This document shows, in pieces, positions 47,057-56,300 of a stretch of DNA of 64,000 nucleotides. The position numbers and the translations under genes are program-made. Below the pieces are notes generated by a model that worked only from the letters and a program-made list of their open reading frames with translations, made no database searches and was not told the origin of the DNA. Position 1 is the first letter of the stretch. Each line of letters starts with the position of its first letter. This DNA is from Chloroflexota bacterium. GTDB lineage: Bacteria > Vulcanimicrobiota > JAMCWD01. Where the stretch lies: positions 45,436 through 109,435 of the forward strand of contig JAMCWD010000013.1 of the NCBI GenBank assembly GCA_023475345.1, written 5' to 3'.

Positions 47057-49978
47057 ATGAAGACGATATCATATCTGGCTTTAATCATAATAATTTTATC
47101 TGCGCCGTTTGCCGGCGGCTGTTCCCGTTCGAAGCCGCCTGCGTCGGGAAATACGCCTGTTTCGGTTTCGCCGGAAAAGGCTTCGACCTCGCCGATCCTT
47201 TCGGAGCTTGAAGCCGGGGAGAAAGAAACATTCGATCTCAAGCTGTTCGATGCAAAGAGCGGCAAGCTGGTCCAGGTATTGAAAACGATGCCGGACGATT
47301 TCAGGGATATAGCGTTCAGCCCTGACGGGAGCATTATAGCGGCGGCCTGCGGCGACAACAAACTGAGGTTGTGGGGGAAATCCGGCGGCAGATGGATATT
47401 GAAAAAAGAGTGCGCCGGGCATGAAGACCTGGTGAATTGCGTTGCTTTTTCGCCGGATGGCAGGCTTGTAGCGACGGGTTCCACAGACAGCGTTGTAAGG
47501 CTGTGGACGCCCGGCGGCGAGGCGATAAGAGTTTTGAAAGGTCATCCTGAAACGGTACAGGGAGTTGCTTTCATGCCCGGCGGTAAAATCCTGGTATCCG
47601 TCGATGAGGGCGGCTGGTTGTATTTCTGGGATGTTGAAAGCGGAGAGGCCGTCAGGAAAAAATCTTTCCCAGGGAAAAGGCTTCTTTCAGTTGCCGTTTC
47701 GCCTGACGGCAAGAATATCGCGGCCGGGTTCCAGGGCGGCGACATAATAATCTTTAACGATAAAGGCGAAAAAACAAGGGAGTTCCCGACCGAAGGGTCT
47801 GCAGCGGTGTCCATATCTTTCAGCCCCGACGGGAAACTGCTTGCCGCATCGGGAGGAGAAGGGGAAGTAGTAATACACCCGGTATCCCCGGGAGACTCAT
47901 CCGTGTTCTTGACCGCACACGAAGACAGCGTTTTCAAGGTAAAATTCGCCCCGAACGGCCTGCTTGGAAGCGGAGGAAAAGACAGCGAGGTTAAAATCTG
48001 GGACGTTGAAAATGAAATGGCAATAAATTCTCTCAAGGGGCACAGGGGCGATGTCATGTCGCTTGCTTTCAGCCCCGACGGCAGATATATCGCGACAGGC
48101 ACCGGCCTGGGACAGATACTCCGAACCGATGATCATACGGGCGTATTTCTCGTCGCCGAGCTTGAGCACCAGGACACGATTACAGGGATCCTTTTTTTCC
48201 CCGACGGCAAAAAAATAGCCACCTCTTCAAACGACGGCACTATAAAATTATGGAACACGTTGAAGCCGGGGCTGCTCGGAACTTTCGAGGGACACCAGGG
48301 AAATGTGAAGAGTCTCGGGCTGCTTGATGACGGCAAAACCCTGGTATCCGCCGGTTCGGATGAGACTGTAAGGCTCTGGGATACCGAAAAGCTCAAGCAA
48401 ATTGCGGTTCTGAAAGGGCACGGCGGAGAAGTGAACACCCTTCGGGTACTGCCCGGAGGCGGGGTCATTTCGGCTTCAAGCGATAAAAGCATAATTATCT
48501 GGGATATGAAAAATCTTTCACCTGGAAAAATCCTGCAAGAACACAACGCGCCTGTCCTAAGCCTTGCCGTAAGCCCCGACGGCAGGATGCTGGCCTCCGG
48601 GGACAGGCAGGGCGTCGTATGTATATGGGATCTGCCCGGCGGCTCCCTCATGAGGAAGCTCCCCGGACAATGGGTCTCCGTTAACAGCCTGGTGTTCAGC
48701 CCGGACCAAAAGTATCTTGCGGCAGGAAGCGGAGATCAGGAGATCTTTATAAGGAATACCTCAAACTGGAGCATAGAAGAGATGATAACCGATCATAACT
48801 CGTCCATTACGGCACTGGCTTTTTCCCATAACGGCAAGTATCTTGCCTCGGCTTCCGACGACGAGACGCTCCGTTTATGGGAAGCGCCGTCATGGAAAAA
48901 TATCTGGACGGGCAGGGAACACTTCGGGTCGTTGTCCTCACTTGCTTTCAGCCCTGACGATTCCATGATTGCATCCGGCGGTTTCGACCGTCGTTTCGTA
49001 GTCAACAGAACTGCAGACGGCAAAGTATTACGGATTCAGAAGGGGAGAACCGACGACCGCAAGGACGTTGACCTTTCGCCCGACGGCAGGCTGCTGGCTA
49101 CGATAACGGGCAAATGCGTCGTGATAATGGAAGCATCTACCGGGAAGGTAATACAACGAATAAAGGCTTCCGATCTGACCCAGAACAACGTCGAATTCTC
49201 GCCCGACGGCAAAATGCTTGCCTCCTGCGGGCTGGACAGGAAGGTATATTTCTGGGACTCCGTAACAGGCAAAGCCCTGTTTTCGCTTGTCGGACATACC
49301 GAGGATGTTAATTTCCTGGGCTTTTCGCCCGACGGGAAATATTTAAGCTCGTCGTCATGCGACGATACTGTAAGGGTGTGGGATGTGCCCGGCCGTAAGT
49401 TGAAGTTTACTTTCAGAGAGCATAAAGACGCCGTAGATAGTTGTATTTTTTCACCTGACGGGAAACTCATCGCCACCGCGTGCGAAGATAAAATGGCCCG
49501 GTTGTACGATGCGGAGACGGGCAAATTGATCAAGACTCTTTCGGGCCATACCAACGGCGTAACGAGCGCAGATTTCAGTCCGGACGGGAAGACCCTTGCG
49601 ACGGGGAGCTTCGACAACACAATCCGGTTGTGGGATGTGAAAACAGGGAATTGCCTGAAGATATTGCGGGGGCATAAGGATTCCGTACTGGGCGTCCAGT
49701 TCAGCCCCGACGGGAAAAGGCTTGCATCGGCATCCCTGGACAGGACTTGCAGGGTATGGAAAATGCCCGGCGGTGAGGAGTTGATGAGCCTCCACGTCTT
49801 TTCATGTGCCGTAACTTCTATTGAGTTCGATAAAAGGGGAGACCGGATGATCGTAGGCTCGATAGATCAGTACCTGAGGGTTTTTGATAAAAACGGCGTT
49901 TTATTAAAATCGATCAGGGCATTCGATTCCGAAGATGCGCCGGTGAAGAAGATTTATGACGACGAAGGCGGCGATTGA
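47057..49978 (+). CDS. WD40-repeat lipoprotein (about 20 WD repeats)
   Basis: It has the signal 'LSAPFAGGCS' (lipobox). Repeated units carry 'FSPDG..LA(S/T)...D.TV(R/K)LWD'. Confidence 0.85.
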   Translation: MKTISYLALIIIILSAPFAGGCSRSKPPASGNTPVSVSPEKASTSPILSELEAGEKETFDLKLFDAKSGKLVQVLKTMPDDFRDIAFSPDGSIIAAACGDNKLRLWGKSGGRWILKKECAGHEDLVNCVAFSPDGRLVATGSTDSVVRLWTPGGEAIRVLKGHPETVQGVAFMPGGKILVSVDEGGWLYFWDVESGEAVRKKSFPGKRLLSVAVSPDGKNIAAGFQGGDIIIFNDKGEKTREFPTEGSAAVSISFSPDGKLLAASGGEGEVVIHPVSPGDSSVFLTAHEDSVFKVKFAPNGLLGSGGKDSEVKIWDVENEMAINSLKGHRGDVMSLAFSPDGRYIATGTGLGQILRTDDHTGVFLVAELEHQDTITGILFFPDGKKIATSSNDGTIKLWNTLKPGLLGTFEGHQGNVKSLGLLDDGKTLVSAGSDETVRLWDTEKLKQIAVLKGHGGEVNTLRVLPGGGVISASSDKSIIIWDMKNLSPGKILQEHNAPVLSLAVSPDGRMLASGDRQGVVCIWDLPGGSLMRKLPGQWVSVNSLVFSPDQKYLAAGSGDQEIFIRNTSNWSIEEMITDHNSSITALAFSHNGKYLASASDDETLRLWEAPSWKNIWTGREHFGSLSSLAFSPDDSMIASGGFDRRFVVNRTADGKVLRIQKGRTDDRKDVDLSPDGRLLATITGKCVVIMEASTGKVIQRIKASDLTQNNVEFSPDGKMLASCGLDRKVYFWDSVTGKALFSLVGHTEDVNFLGFSPDGKYLSSSSCDDTVRVWDVPGRKLKFTFREHKDAVDSCIFSPDGKLIATACEDKMARLYDAETGKLIKTLSGHTNGVTSADFSPDGKTLATGSFDNTIRLWDVKTGNCLKILRGHKDSVLGVQFSPDGKRLASASLDRTCRVWKMPGGEELMSLHVFSCAVTSIEFDKRGDRMIVGSIDQYLRVFDKNGVLLKSIRAFDSEDAPVKKIYDDEGGD

Positions 49979-50053
49979 TACGGATTCCGATGGACGCTGA
50001 ATCAGCAAAAATGGTATAATATATTTTCTTAATTCTTAATAGGGAGCGATTTT

Positions 50054-51778
50054 ATGCGTGCCAGACTGGTGCTTGTCAATTCAAACCTTACTTATGAGGC
50101 GGTCTCTAACCCCAACCAGGTGATGAATTTTCCAATGGCGATCCTTGTCGTAGGTGCGCTGGCGGAGCGGGCCGGTTACGATGTTACCTTCATCGATCCG
50201 CAGGTGGATTTTAAAACAGGGAAACTCTCGCTTGACGATTCATTCTTAGACAGGGTTACGGAAACTATACTGAAAGAAGATTCGGACCTGTACGGTTTTT
50301 CATGCCGTTGTGACGCCATCCCCACGGCGTTGAACATCGTGCGCAGGTTGAAAAAAATCCGCCCGGATGCAAAAATCCTGCTGGGCGGCACACAGGCCAC
50401 TTTTGCCGATATGGAGATAATGAAGCATTTCCCCGAAGTCGATTTCATACTCCGCGGGGAAGTTGAAAATTCCCTACCTGAATTCCTGGCCTGCTTTAAG
50501 GCCGACGGGGATTTCTCCGGCGTGCCCGGCCTCACATACAGGGAAGGGGATAGGATAAACAGGACTCCCGACGTTTGTTACCGGGAAAATATAGACGATA
50601 TCCCGATGGCTTATCACCTGATGAAAAGGAAGGTGGAAGAGAACAGGGTTATTTTCGTTCCCATAGGCAGGGGATGCCCGAATAACTGTACTTACTGTGC
50701 GGTTCCGGCATTTAACAGGCAGGACCTGAGATTGAAAAGCCCCCGCAAGATTGTTGAAGAGGTCAATTACTTTGGCGAAAGATTCAAAACGTCTCGTTTC
50801 CTTTTAGGTCATGATCACTTCATGGCGAAACGCGAGTGGGTGCTGGAACTCTGTGATGAACTGAGCAGGAATGAAAGGAAAATAACATTTTTTTCGATGG
50901 GACATATTGTAAATGCGGATGAAGAACTATTGGGAAAACTTGCAGGGGTCGGCTGCCAGGTGCTCCAGTTCGGGCTGGAAAGCATGTCGGAAAATACCCA
51001 GCAGAAGATTGAAAAGAACCTCGATCTTAAAAGAGTATTCCCGGTACTCCAGCTCTGTTATAAATACGGTATCCTTGCTGCGCTGTCCGTAATAGTGGGA
51101 CTGCCGGAAGATAAGGAAGAAGATCTGGACGAGACCCTGGCCTTTCTTTTGAAAGCAAAGCAGCTGCCGACGACCCTCCCGGAGGTACGCCTTCTTGCGC
51201 CTATGGCAGGCACTCCTGCATTCAAGGAATATGCAAAAAATATCAGCGTACTGAAATATACCGGGGTATTCCCCGCGATGCTGGATACCCCGACGGTTAT
51301 TCTGAAAGATAACAGGGATCTCATCAGGCGCTATCCCACCGTATTTACGAGTCACTTTACCTTGAAGCCCCGCTACCTGCCGTTAAGCCTTGTCCTGGAA
51401 GTTTCAAGATCTTTTCAGAGCCTGGTATATTCTTTCCCTGTCTCGGCCCTCATGGCGTTGACGGACCTTAAATGGGGCACCTGTCGGATGCTGAGAGAAT
51501 TGAAAAAATGGCATAGAAAAACGACCGGCAAAAAAACAAAATATCTCCTTTTCTCCAGGGGGGAGCTGGGCGATGTTTTCCCGAAGTTCCTTGAAGACGC
51601 TTATGATAAGAAGGGCATCTCGTTTTACGTCACTTCAAAAATGCTCAAGGCCGAAAAACGCAACGTTGACGCACAGGCGGCGTATTTGAACAAGCTTGTC
51701 GAGCAGGACGGCGCAGAAATCAAAAACCTCTTCAGGAGGGAATCCCTGTACGGCGGTCTTAATATCTTCAATTACTAG
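50054..51778 (+). CDS. B12-binding-domain radical SAM protein
   Basis: It has an N-terminal cobalamin-binding-like Rossmann region ('ILLGGTQATF'). The radical SAM cluster motif is 'GCPNNCTYCAV' (CxxxCxxC). Confidence 0.8.
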   Translation: MRARLVLVNSNLTYEAVSNPNQVMNFPMAILVVGALAERAGYDVTFIDPQVDFKTGKLSLDDSFLDRVTETILKEDSDLYGFSCRCDAIPTALNIVRRLKKIRPDAKILLGGTQATFADMEIMKHFPEVDFILRGEVENSLPEFLACFKADGDFSGVPGLTYREGDRINRTPDVCYRENIDDIPMAYHLMKRKVEENRVIFVPIGRGCPNNCTYCAVPAFNRQDLRLKSPRKIVEEVNYFGERFKTSRFLLGHDHFMAKREWVLELCDELSRNERKITFFSMGHIVNADEELLGKLAGVGCQVLQFGLESMSENTQQKIEKNLDLKRVFPVLQLCYKYGILAALSVIVGLPEDKEEDLDETLAFLLKAKQLPTTLPEVRLLAPMAGTPAFKEYAKNISVLKYTGVFPAMLDTPTVILKDNRDLIRRYPTVFTSHFTLKPRYLPLSLVLEVSRSFQSLVYSFPVSALMALTDLKWGTCRMLRELKKWHRKTTGKKTKYLLFSRGELGDVFPKFLEDAYDKKGISFYVTSKMLKAEKRNVDAQAAYLNKLVEQDGAEIKNLFRRESLYGGLNIFNY

Positions 51779-51922
51779 GTTTCGAAAGCCGGGGGAAGAA
51801 TTGCTCCCGGCAGGCGTCATTCATGACTCCGGCAGCCCTGCGGCATTTTCAAGGCCGAAAACTGTTGACAAATGTTGTATTATTTTTTATACTATATTTA
51901 GTACAAGAGGAAGTACAATAGT

Positions 51923-52132
51923 ATGAACATACTGCCAGTAAGCGAATTGAGAAAAAAAATATCTTCCGTCCTTAAAGAGGTTGAGGAAACAGGGGAGCCT
52001 GTTTTTATCGTCCAGTACAGCAACCCCAGGGCCGTGCTCGTCAATTACGAAGTCTTCAACCAGCTTGTTAAAGACATGGAAGAACTGGAAGCTCTCCGGG
52101 CAAAAGTTTCCGGTCCCCGGCGCTCCGCATAG
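51923..52132 (+). CDS. Phd/YefM-family type II antitoxin (no cognate toxin gene adjacent)
   Basis: It has 'ILPVSELRKKISSVLKEVEETGEPVFIVQYSNPRAVLVNYEVFNQLVKDMEELE', the canonical Phd/YefM fold motif. Confidence 0.7.
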   Translation: MNILPVSELRKKISSVLKEVEETGEPVFIVQYSNPRAVLVNYEVFNQLVKDMEELEALRAKVSGPRRSA

Positions 52133-52371
52133 CGCAGCATCCCGTATCCGGCCCTCCCGCCCGGCAGCACAGTTGTTTTTCTGGTTATGATCTGAACCTG
52201 CCCGAACGGCACATTGAAAAAGGGAAAAAATGAAAGAACAGTGAATTATTCGTCTTGTCATTATGTTGTACCGGGAATATCCGGCCCGGCACGTGAATAC
52301 CGACAATAAATCATGATGCCGGCCGGACTTGAAATCAAGGTCTTTTTATAAAATAAAAGAGGCGGGAAATC

Positions 52372-54432
52372 ATGGCTCGCGGGAAAAATTTAGACAGTAC
52401 CAGGAAGAAAGAAAAAAAACCGGCGCCGAAAGAGGATGTGAAATCCCCGGTATATCTTCCGTCGAAATCGAAGGCCGGCATAGCGGGCGCGGTAATATCT
52501 TTTCTCCTGCCTTTTTCGATATACATATTTTTCCTCTGCCCGACGATTGCCGCGGGAGACAGCGGCGAATTGATAAACTGCGCCGCGTTCCTCGGGATCC
52601 CCCATCCGCCGGGCTATCCTCTTTTCACGATGCTGGGCCATATCTTCACATGGCTCCCTGTGAATTCCATCGCGTGGAGGGTGAACTTGTCATCGGCGGC
52701 ATTTTGCGCCCTGGCATGCCTTTTCGTTTATCTTTCTCTTTTCAGGCTGACAGGCCGGGTATGGGCATCCGTCGGCGGCGCACTGGGGCTTGCATTTTCC
52801 CGCTTCTTCTGGCATTATGCCGAGGTCGCCGAAGTCTTCCCTTTGAATAACCTGTTTGTCGCACTCCTTACTTATCTTGCAGTCATGATAAAGGACAGCG
52901 TTACGGAGAGCGGGACAGGAAGGAAGAGCGGTTTAAAAGCATCTCCCCATACGCGCAAAATGTTCTGGCTTTTTTGTCTTTTCTTCGGCATGTCTCTGAC
53001 GAACCATCAAACTATAATTTTGCTTTTCCCGGCATTTTTGTTTTTCCTGTGGTTTTCAGCCCCCGTGATATTCAAGGAATGGAAGACTTTCGGCACGGGG
53101 GTTTTGATATTCATACTGGGGCTTCTGCCGTATATTTATGCGCCGATTTCGGCTTCGACCGGCCCCCCGGTCAACTGGGACAACCCGACGACCCTGAGAG
53201 ATTTTAAAAGGCTGGTTACGCGCGAGGATTTCGGCAGCCTCTCGCTTTTATCGAAGGAATCGGAGTTGAGAGCCCCGACATCGAGATTGTCTCAGGTCCC
53301 GGCTTTCCTGGGCACGCTGTGGCAGCAGTTTACGCCTTTCGGCCTGGTGCTTGCCGTCCTGGGGATGCTGGGCGCTTACAGGCGGAAAATATTCCAGGGA
53401 TACCTGGCGCTGGCATTTTTCTTCGGAGGCCTTTTCTTTGTTGTCTTTGCCAATATGCCCATACAGAACAAGCTTTTATTCGGCGTCCTCCACAGGTTTT
53501 ATCTCATGCCCGCGGTCATTTTGTCTTTCTGGATAGGGCTGGGCATCGAAAATATAGCAGTATGGATGGAAGACAAAAAAGTTTCCCGGGCGGCGGCGGG
53601 GGCCGTCCCTGCGGCGCTTGTGATTTTGCTTTTTATATGGCAGTTTGCTTCGAACCATGAGGAGGCCGATTTCAGGAACAATTACCTGGCGGAAGATTTC
53701 GTTCATAACCTTATGATGGCTCTGCCGCAGAATTCCCTGTTCTTCGTGCATGGCGACGTGGCATCCATGGGGATGGATTATCTCCAGATGGTCCAGGGAG
53801 AAAGGCCCGATGTAATTACCATGGACCAAGAAAAATTAACATATGAATGGTTTTATGACGAGATGAAAAAAAGATACCCGGATATAACGCTGAGAGGGGA
53901 GCGCTATGACGGCGTAAATGTTTTCAATTTCCATCTTATCAGCGACAATATTCAGAAGCGCCCGGTAATTTTCATGGACTTCAAGGAAGAATCGTACAAG
54001 CAGGCATATAGAGCCATCCCGTTAGGTCTGGCGTATATGATGCTTCCCTTAAATACGCCGTATTCTCTTGTCCAGGCCGAAGAAACCATGAACCGCCTGT
54101 ATTCTCAATTTCAAAAGCGGGGCTGGGACAGGAAATACCCTCCGACCAGCTTCGAATACGACATCATAAAATTTTACGCCAGGCCATATTTCCGGCTCGG
54201 GTATGAATTTGCAAACGAGGGCAATGATGTGAAAGCCGCTGAATATTATAAAAAGGCCATGGAATATGACCCGGATTATTACCCGGCGCTGAAAAACCTT
54301 GCCATTGTTTACTTATATAAGCTTAGCAGGCAGAAGGAAGCGGTGGAATTGTTCAAAAGATATGTAAAAGTCAATCCCGCCGACAAGGATATAGAAAAAG
54401 TAAAGCAGATAATCAAGCAGTTCGGGGGTTAA
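52372..54432 (+). CDS. GT-C-fold glycosyltransferase-like polytopic membrane protein (DUF2723/PMT-like) with C-terminal TPR
   Basis: It has about 11 TM helices. The first loop carries 'AGDSGELI' plus 'GIPHPPGYPLF'. The C-terminal soluble part has TPR 'AEYYKKAMEYDPDYYPALKNLAIVY'. Confidence 0.5.
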   Translation: MARGKNLDSTRKKEKKPAPKEDVKSPVYLPSKSKAGIAGAVISFLLPFSIYIFFLCPTIAAGDSGELINCAAFLGIPHPPGYPLFTMLGHIFTWLPVNSIAWRVNLSSAAFCALACLFVYLSLFRLTGRVWASVGGALGLAFSRFFWHYAEVAEVFPLNNLFVALLTYLAVMIKDSVTESGTGRKSGLKASPHTRKMFWLFCLFFGMSLTNHQTIILLFPAFLFFLWFSAPVIFKEWKTFGTGVLIFILGLLPYIYAPISASTGPPVNWDNPTTLRDFKRLVTREDFGSLSLLSKESELRAPTSRLSQVPAFLGTLWQQFTPFGLVLAVLGMLGAYRRKIFQGYLALAFFFGGLFFVVFANMPIQNKLLFGVLHRFYLMPAVILSFWIGLGIENIAVWMEDKKVSRAAAGAVPAALVILLFIWQFASNHEEADFRNNYLAEDFVHNLMMALPQNSLFFVHGDVASMGMDYLQMVQGERPDVITMDQEKLTYEWFYDEMKKRYPDITLRGERYDGVNVFNFHLISDNIQKRPVIFMDFKEESYKQAYRAIPLGLAYMMLPLNTPYSLVQAEETMNRLYSQFQKRGWDRKYPPTSFEYDIIKFYARPYFRLGYEFANEGNDVKAAEYYKKAMEYDPDYYPALKNLAIVYLYKLSRQKEAVELFKRYVKVNPADKDIEKVKQIIKQFGG

Positions 54433-54525
54433 AAAAAATATTTTTTTGAGGCCGTTCCGGCAGGAAAAACGGCCGGGAGATAGAATTTACCGTTTAACAA
54501 CAATGAATAAGGTGTGTGATCTCCT

Positions 54526-56166
54526 ATGAAGAAAAGCCTGGGGGTAGGGCTATTCTTTGCATTATTGCTTTTATGCATAGTTCCCGTATGGGCTTATCCC
54601 AATGTTGTAATTAAGGGCAATGACCTTCAATATAATACCGATGACCTGATAACTTACGGGAAAGACGGGGTCTCCATATATTACGGAGATATTATAATCA
54701 AGGCGGAGCGCGGCGAATATAACGCCGCCGGGAACAAGGCCGTAGGGCGGCATAATGTGGAATTTTCAAAAGGCAAAGATTTTATTATAAAAGGCGATGG
54801 CCTTGAATACGATTTTGCGTCGGGGAAAGGTTTCATAGTGTCTTTCGGGCCGCCGCGCACTATCATCAACTTCGATACCGGCAAGAACGAAGTAAGCGAT
54901 CCTGTGCCCGATGATAAATGGACAAGCGTAAAGTTCATGTATAATCCGGTGTGCAGCCGCAGGGTCGTCGGGACACGGGTTGTTGTTGCGCCGGGAAAGG
55001 TAGCCAGTATCTACGGGGCCAAATTAAAAGTGCACGGAAAGAACTCGTTTTATCCGCTGCCGTTGTATAATGCCAGCCTTACCGGGAAAACCGCTTACAG
55101 CGCGACCCCGCGTTTCACATATTCCAACAGCGGGTTGAATTACAACATCAGCTTAGCGACCAGCGCTTATACGGCGCCGAAATTGAACTATTCCCAATCC
55201 GGGTTGTACGGCACCGTGCCGTTCGTGTATATAAACAATAAGAGCCTGACAGGCGTGATCAATTATCACTATAACAGTTACCGCGGCGTTCAATCGAGTA
55301 CGTTCAACCTGGATCACACATTTGCCACGTCCCCCAAGGGGCTGCTTAATTTTTCAATTCAGAACGTGCAGGATAACCGCCTCCGGGCTTTCACGTCACA
55401 GTACCAGCATAAGTTCAACAACTCCATGCGCGCTACCACTAATCTTAACTGGAATAACGACAACAGCGCGAATTTCAACATGTACCTGTACAAGCAGTTG
55501 AAAATGGGCAGCTTCAATCTTCAGGTTCGCGGCAATAAGGCTTCCCATGTAACTCAGACCCGCCTGCCTTCTGTAAATATGAACTTTGACCTGGGTTCCA
55601 GGAAACTGCTCGGCAAGTATCTTTCTTTTTCAAGCAGTCTCTCCGGCGGCTATAATTATGCTGAACCTTCGATTACCGCGCCCGGAAAGACCGTATGGTT
55701 CAAATCGCTCAGGCTCGGCCTGGCCCCTGCAAACTTGAGGATCGGCAGTTCCGGCATCTCAACGAGCTTCAGCGCCCAGAGAGTATGGAAAACCGACAGG
55801 AGCATGGATACCAACCTTTACGGCAGTGTTTCTTACGGCCAGAAATTATTCAAATATATTAATTACCGCATCAATTATAATTACAGCTTCTTCGGCGGCG
55901 GCGGCGGGGACGCGGGAGACGTAACCAGCAACCTTAATATGAAATACGCCCTTTCGGTTACCGCGAATCCCAAGCCTTACCTGTCGTTAAGATACGACAC
56001 GTATTATGACCCGCGGGAGAAGAGGTTCACTTACACCAGCGCAAATGCAGGCACATCGCTGAAATTGAACCTGTTCAACGCGATGAGCATAAACCTGAAC
56101 CCGGCTTACGATTTCTATACCCGCAAAATTACGCTCAACTATTATCTCCAGTCCAGCAGCTTCTAG
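54526..56166 (+). CDS. Outer-membrane beta-barrel protein, LptD/OstA-like
   Basis: It has a signal peptide and an N-terminal OstA-like beta-jellyroll ('VIKGNDLQYN...IIKAERGEYNAAGNKAVGRHNVEFSKG...IKGDGLEYDF'). The long amphipathic beta-rich C-terminus ends with an aromatic F. Confidence 0.4.
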   Translation: MKKSLGVGLFFALLLLCIVPVWAYPNVVIKGNDLQYNTDDLITYGKDGVSIYYGDIIIKAERGEYNAAGNKAVGRHNVEFSKGKDFIIKGDGLEYDFASGKGFIVSFGPPRTIINFDTGKNEVSDPVPDDKWTSVKFMYNPVCSRRVVGTRVVVAPGKVASIYGAKLKVHGKNSFYPLPLYNASLTGKTAYSATPRFTYSNSGLNYNISLATSAYTAPKLNYSQSGLYGTVPFVYINNKSLTGVINYHYNSYRGVQSSTFNLDHTFATSPKGLLNFSIQNVQDNRLRAFTSQYQHKFNNSMRATTNLNWNNDNSANFNMYLYKQLKMGSFNLQVRGNKASHVTQTRLPSVNMNFDLGSRKLLGKYLSFSSSLSGGYNYAEPSITAPGKTVWFKSLRLGLAPANLRIGSSGISTSFSAQRVWKTDRSMDTNLYGSVSYGQKLFKYINYRINYNYSFFGGGGGDAGDVTSNLNMKYALSVTANPKPYLSLRYDTYYDPREKRFTYTSANAGTSLKLNLFNAMSINLNPAYDFYTRKITLNYYLQSSSF

Positions 56167-56300
56167 CGGCGGCTCCGGGTTTCTCGATCTACAACCTGAC
56201 AGAGAGACTTTTTTATTTCCGGCATTAATTATCGGCATCGGCTGAATTTTTTCCGGACGCAGGGCTGTTCAATAGTTCGAGAAAAATTTATAATAGGCAC

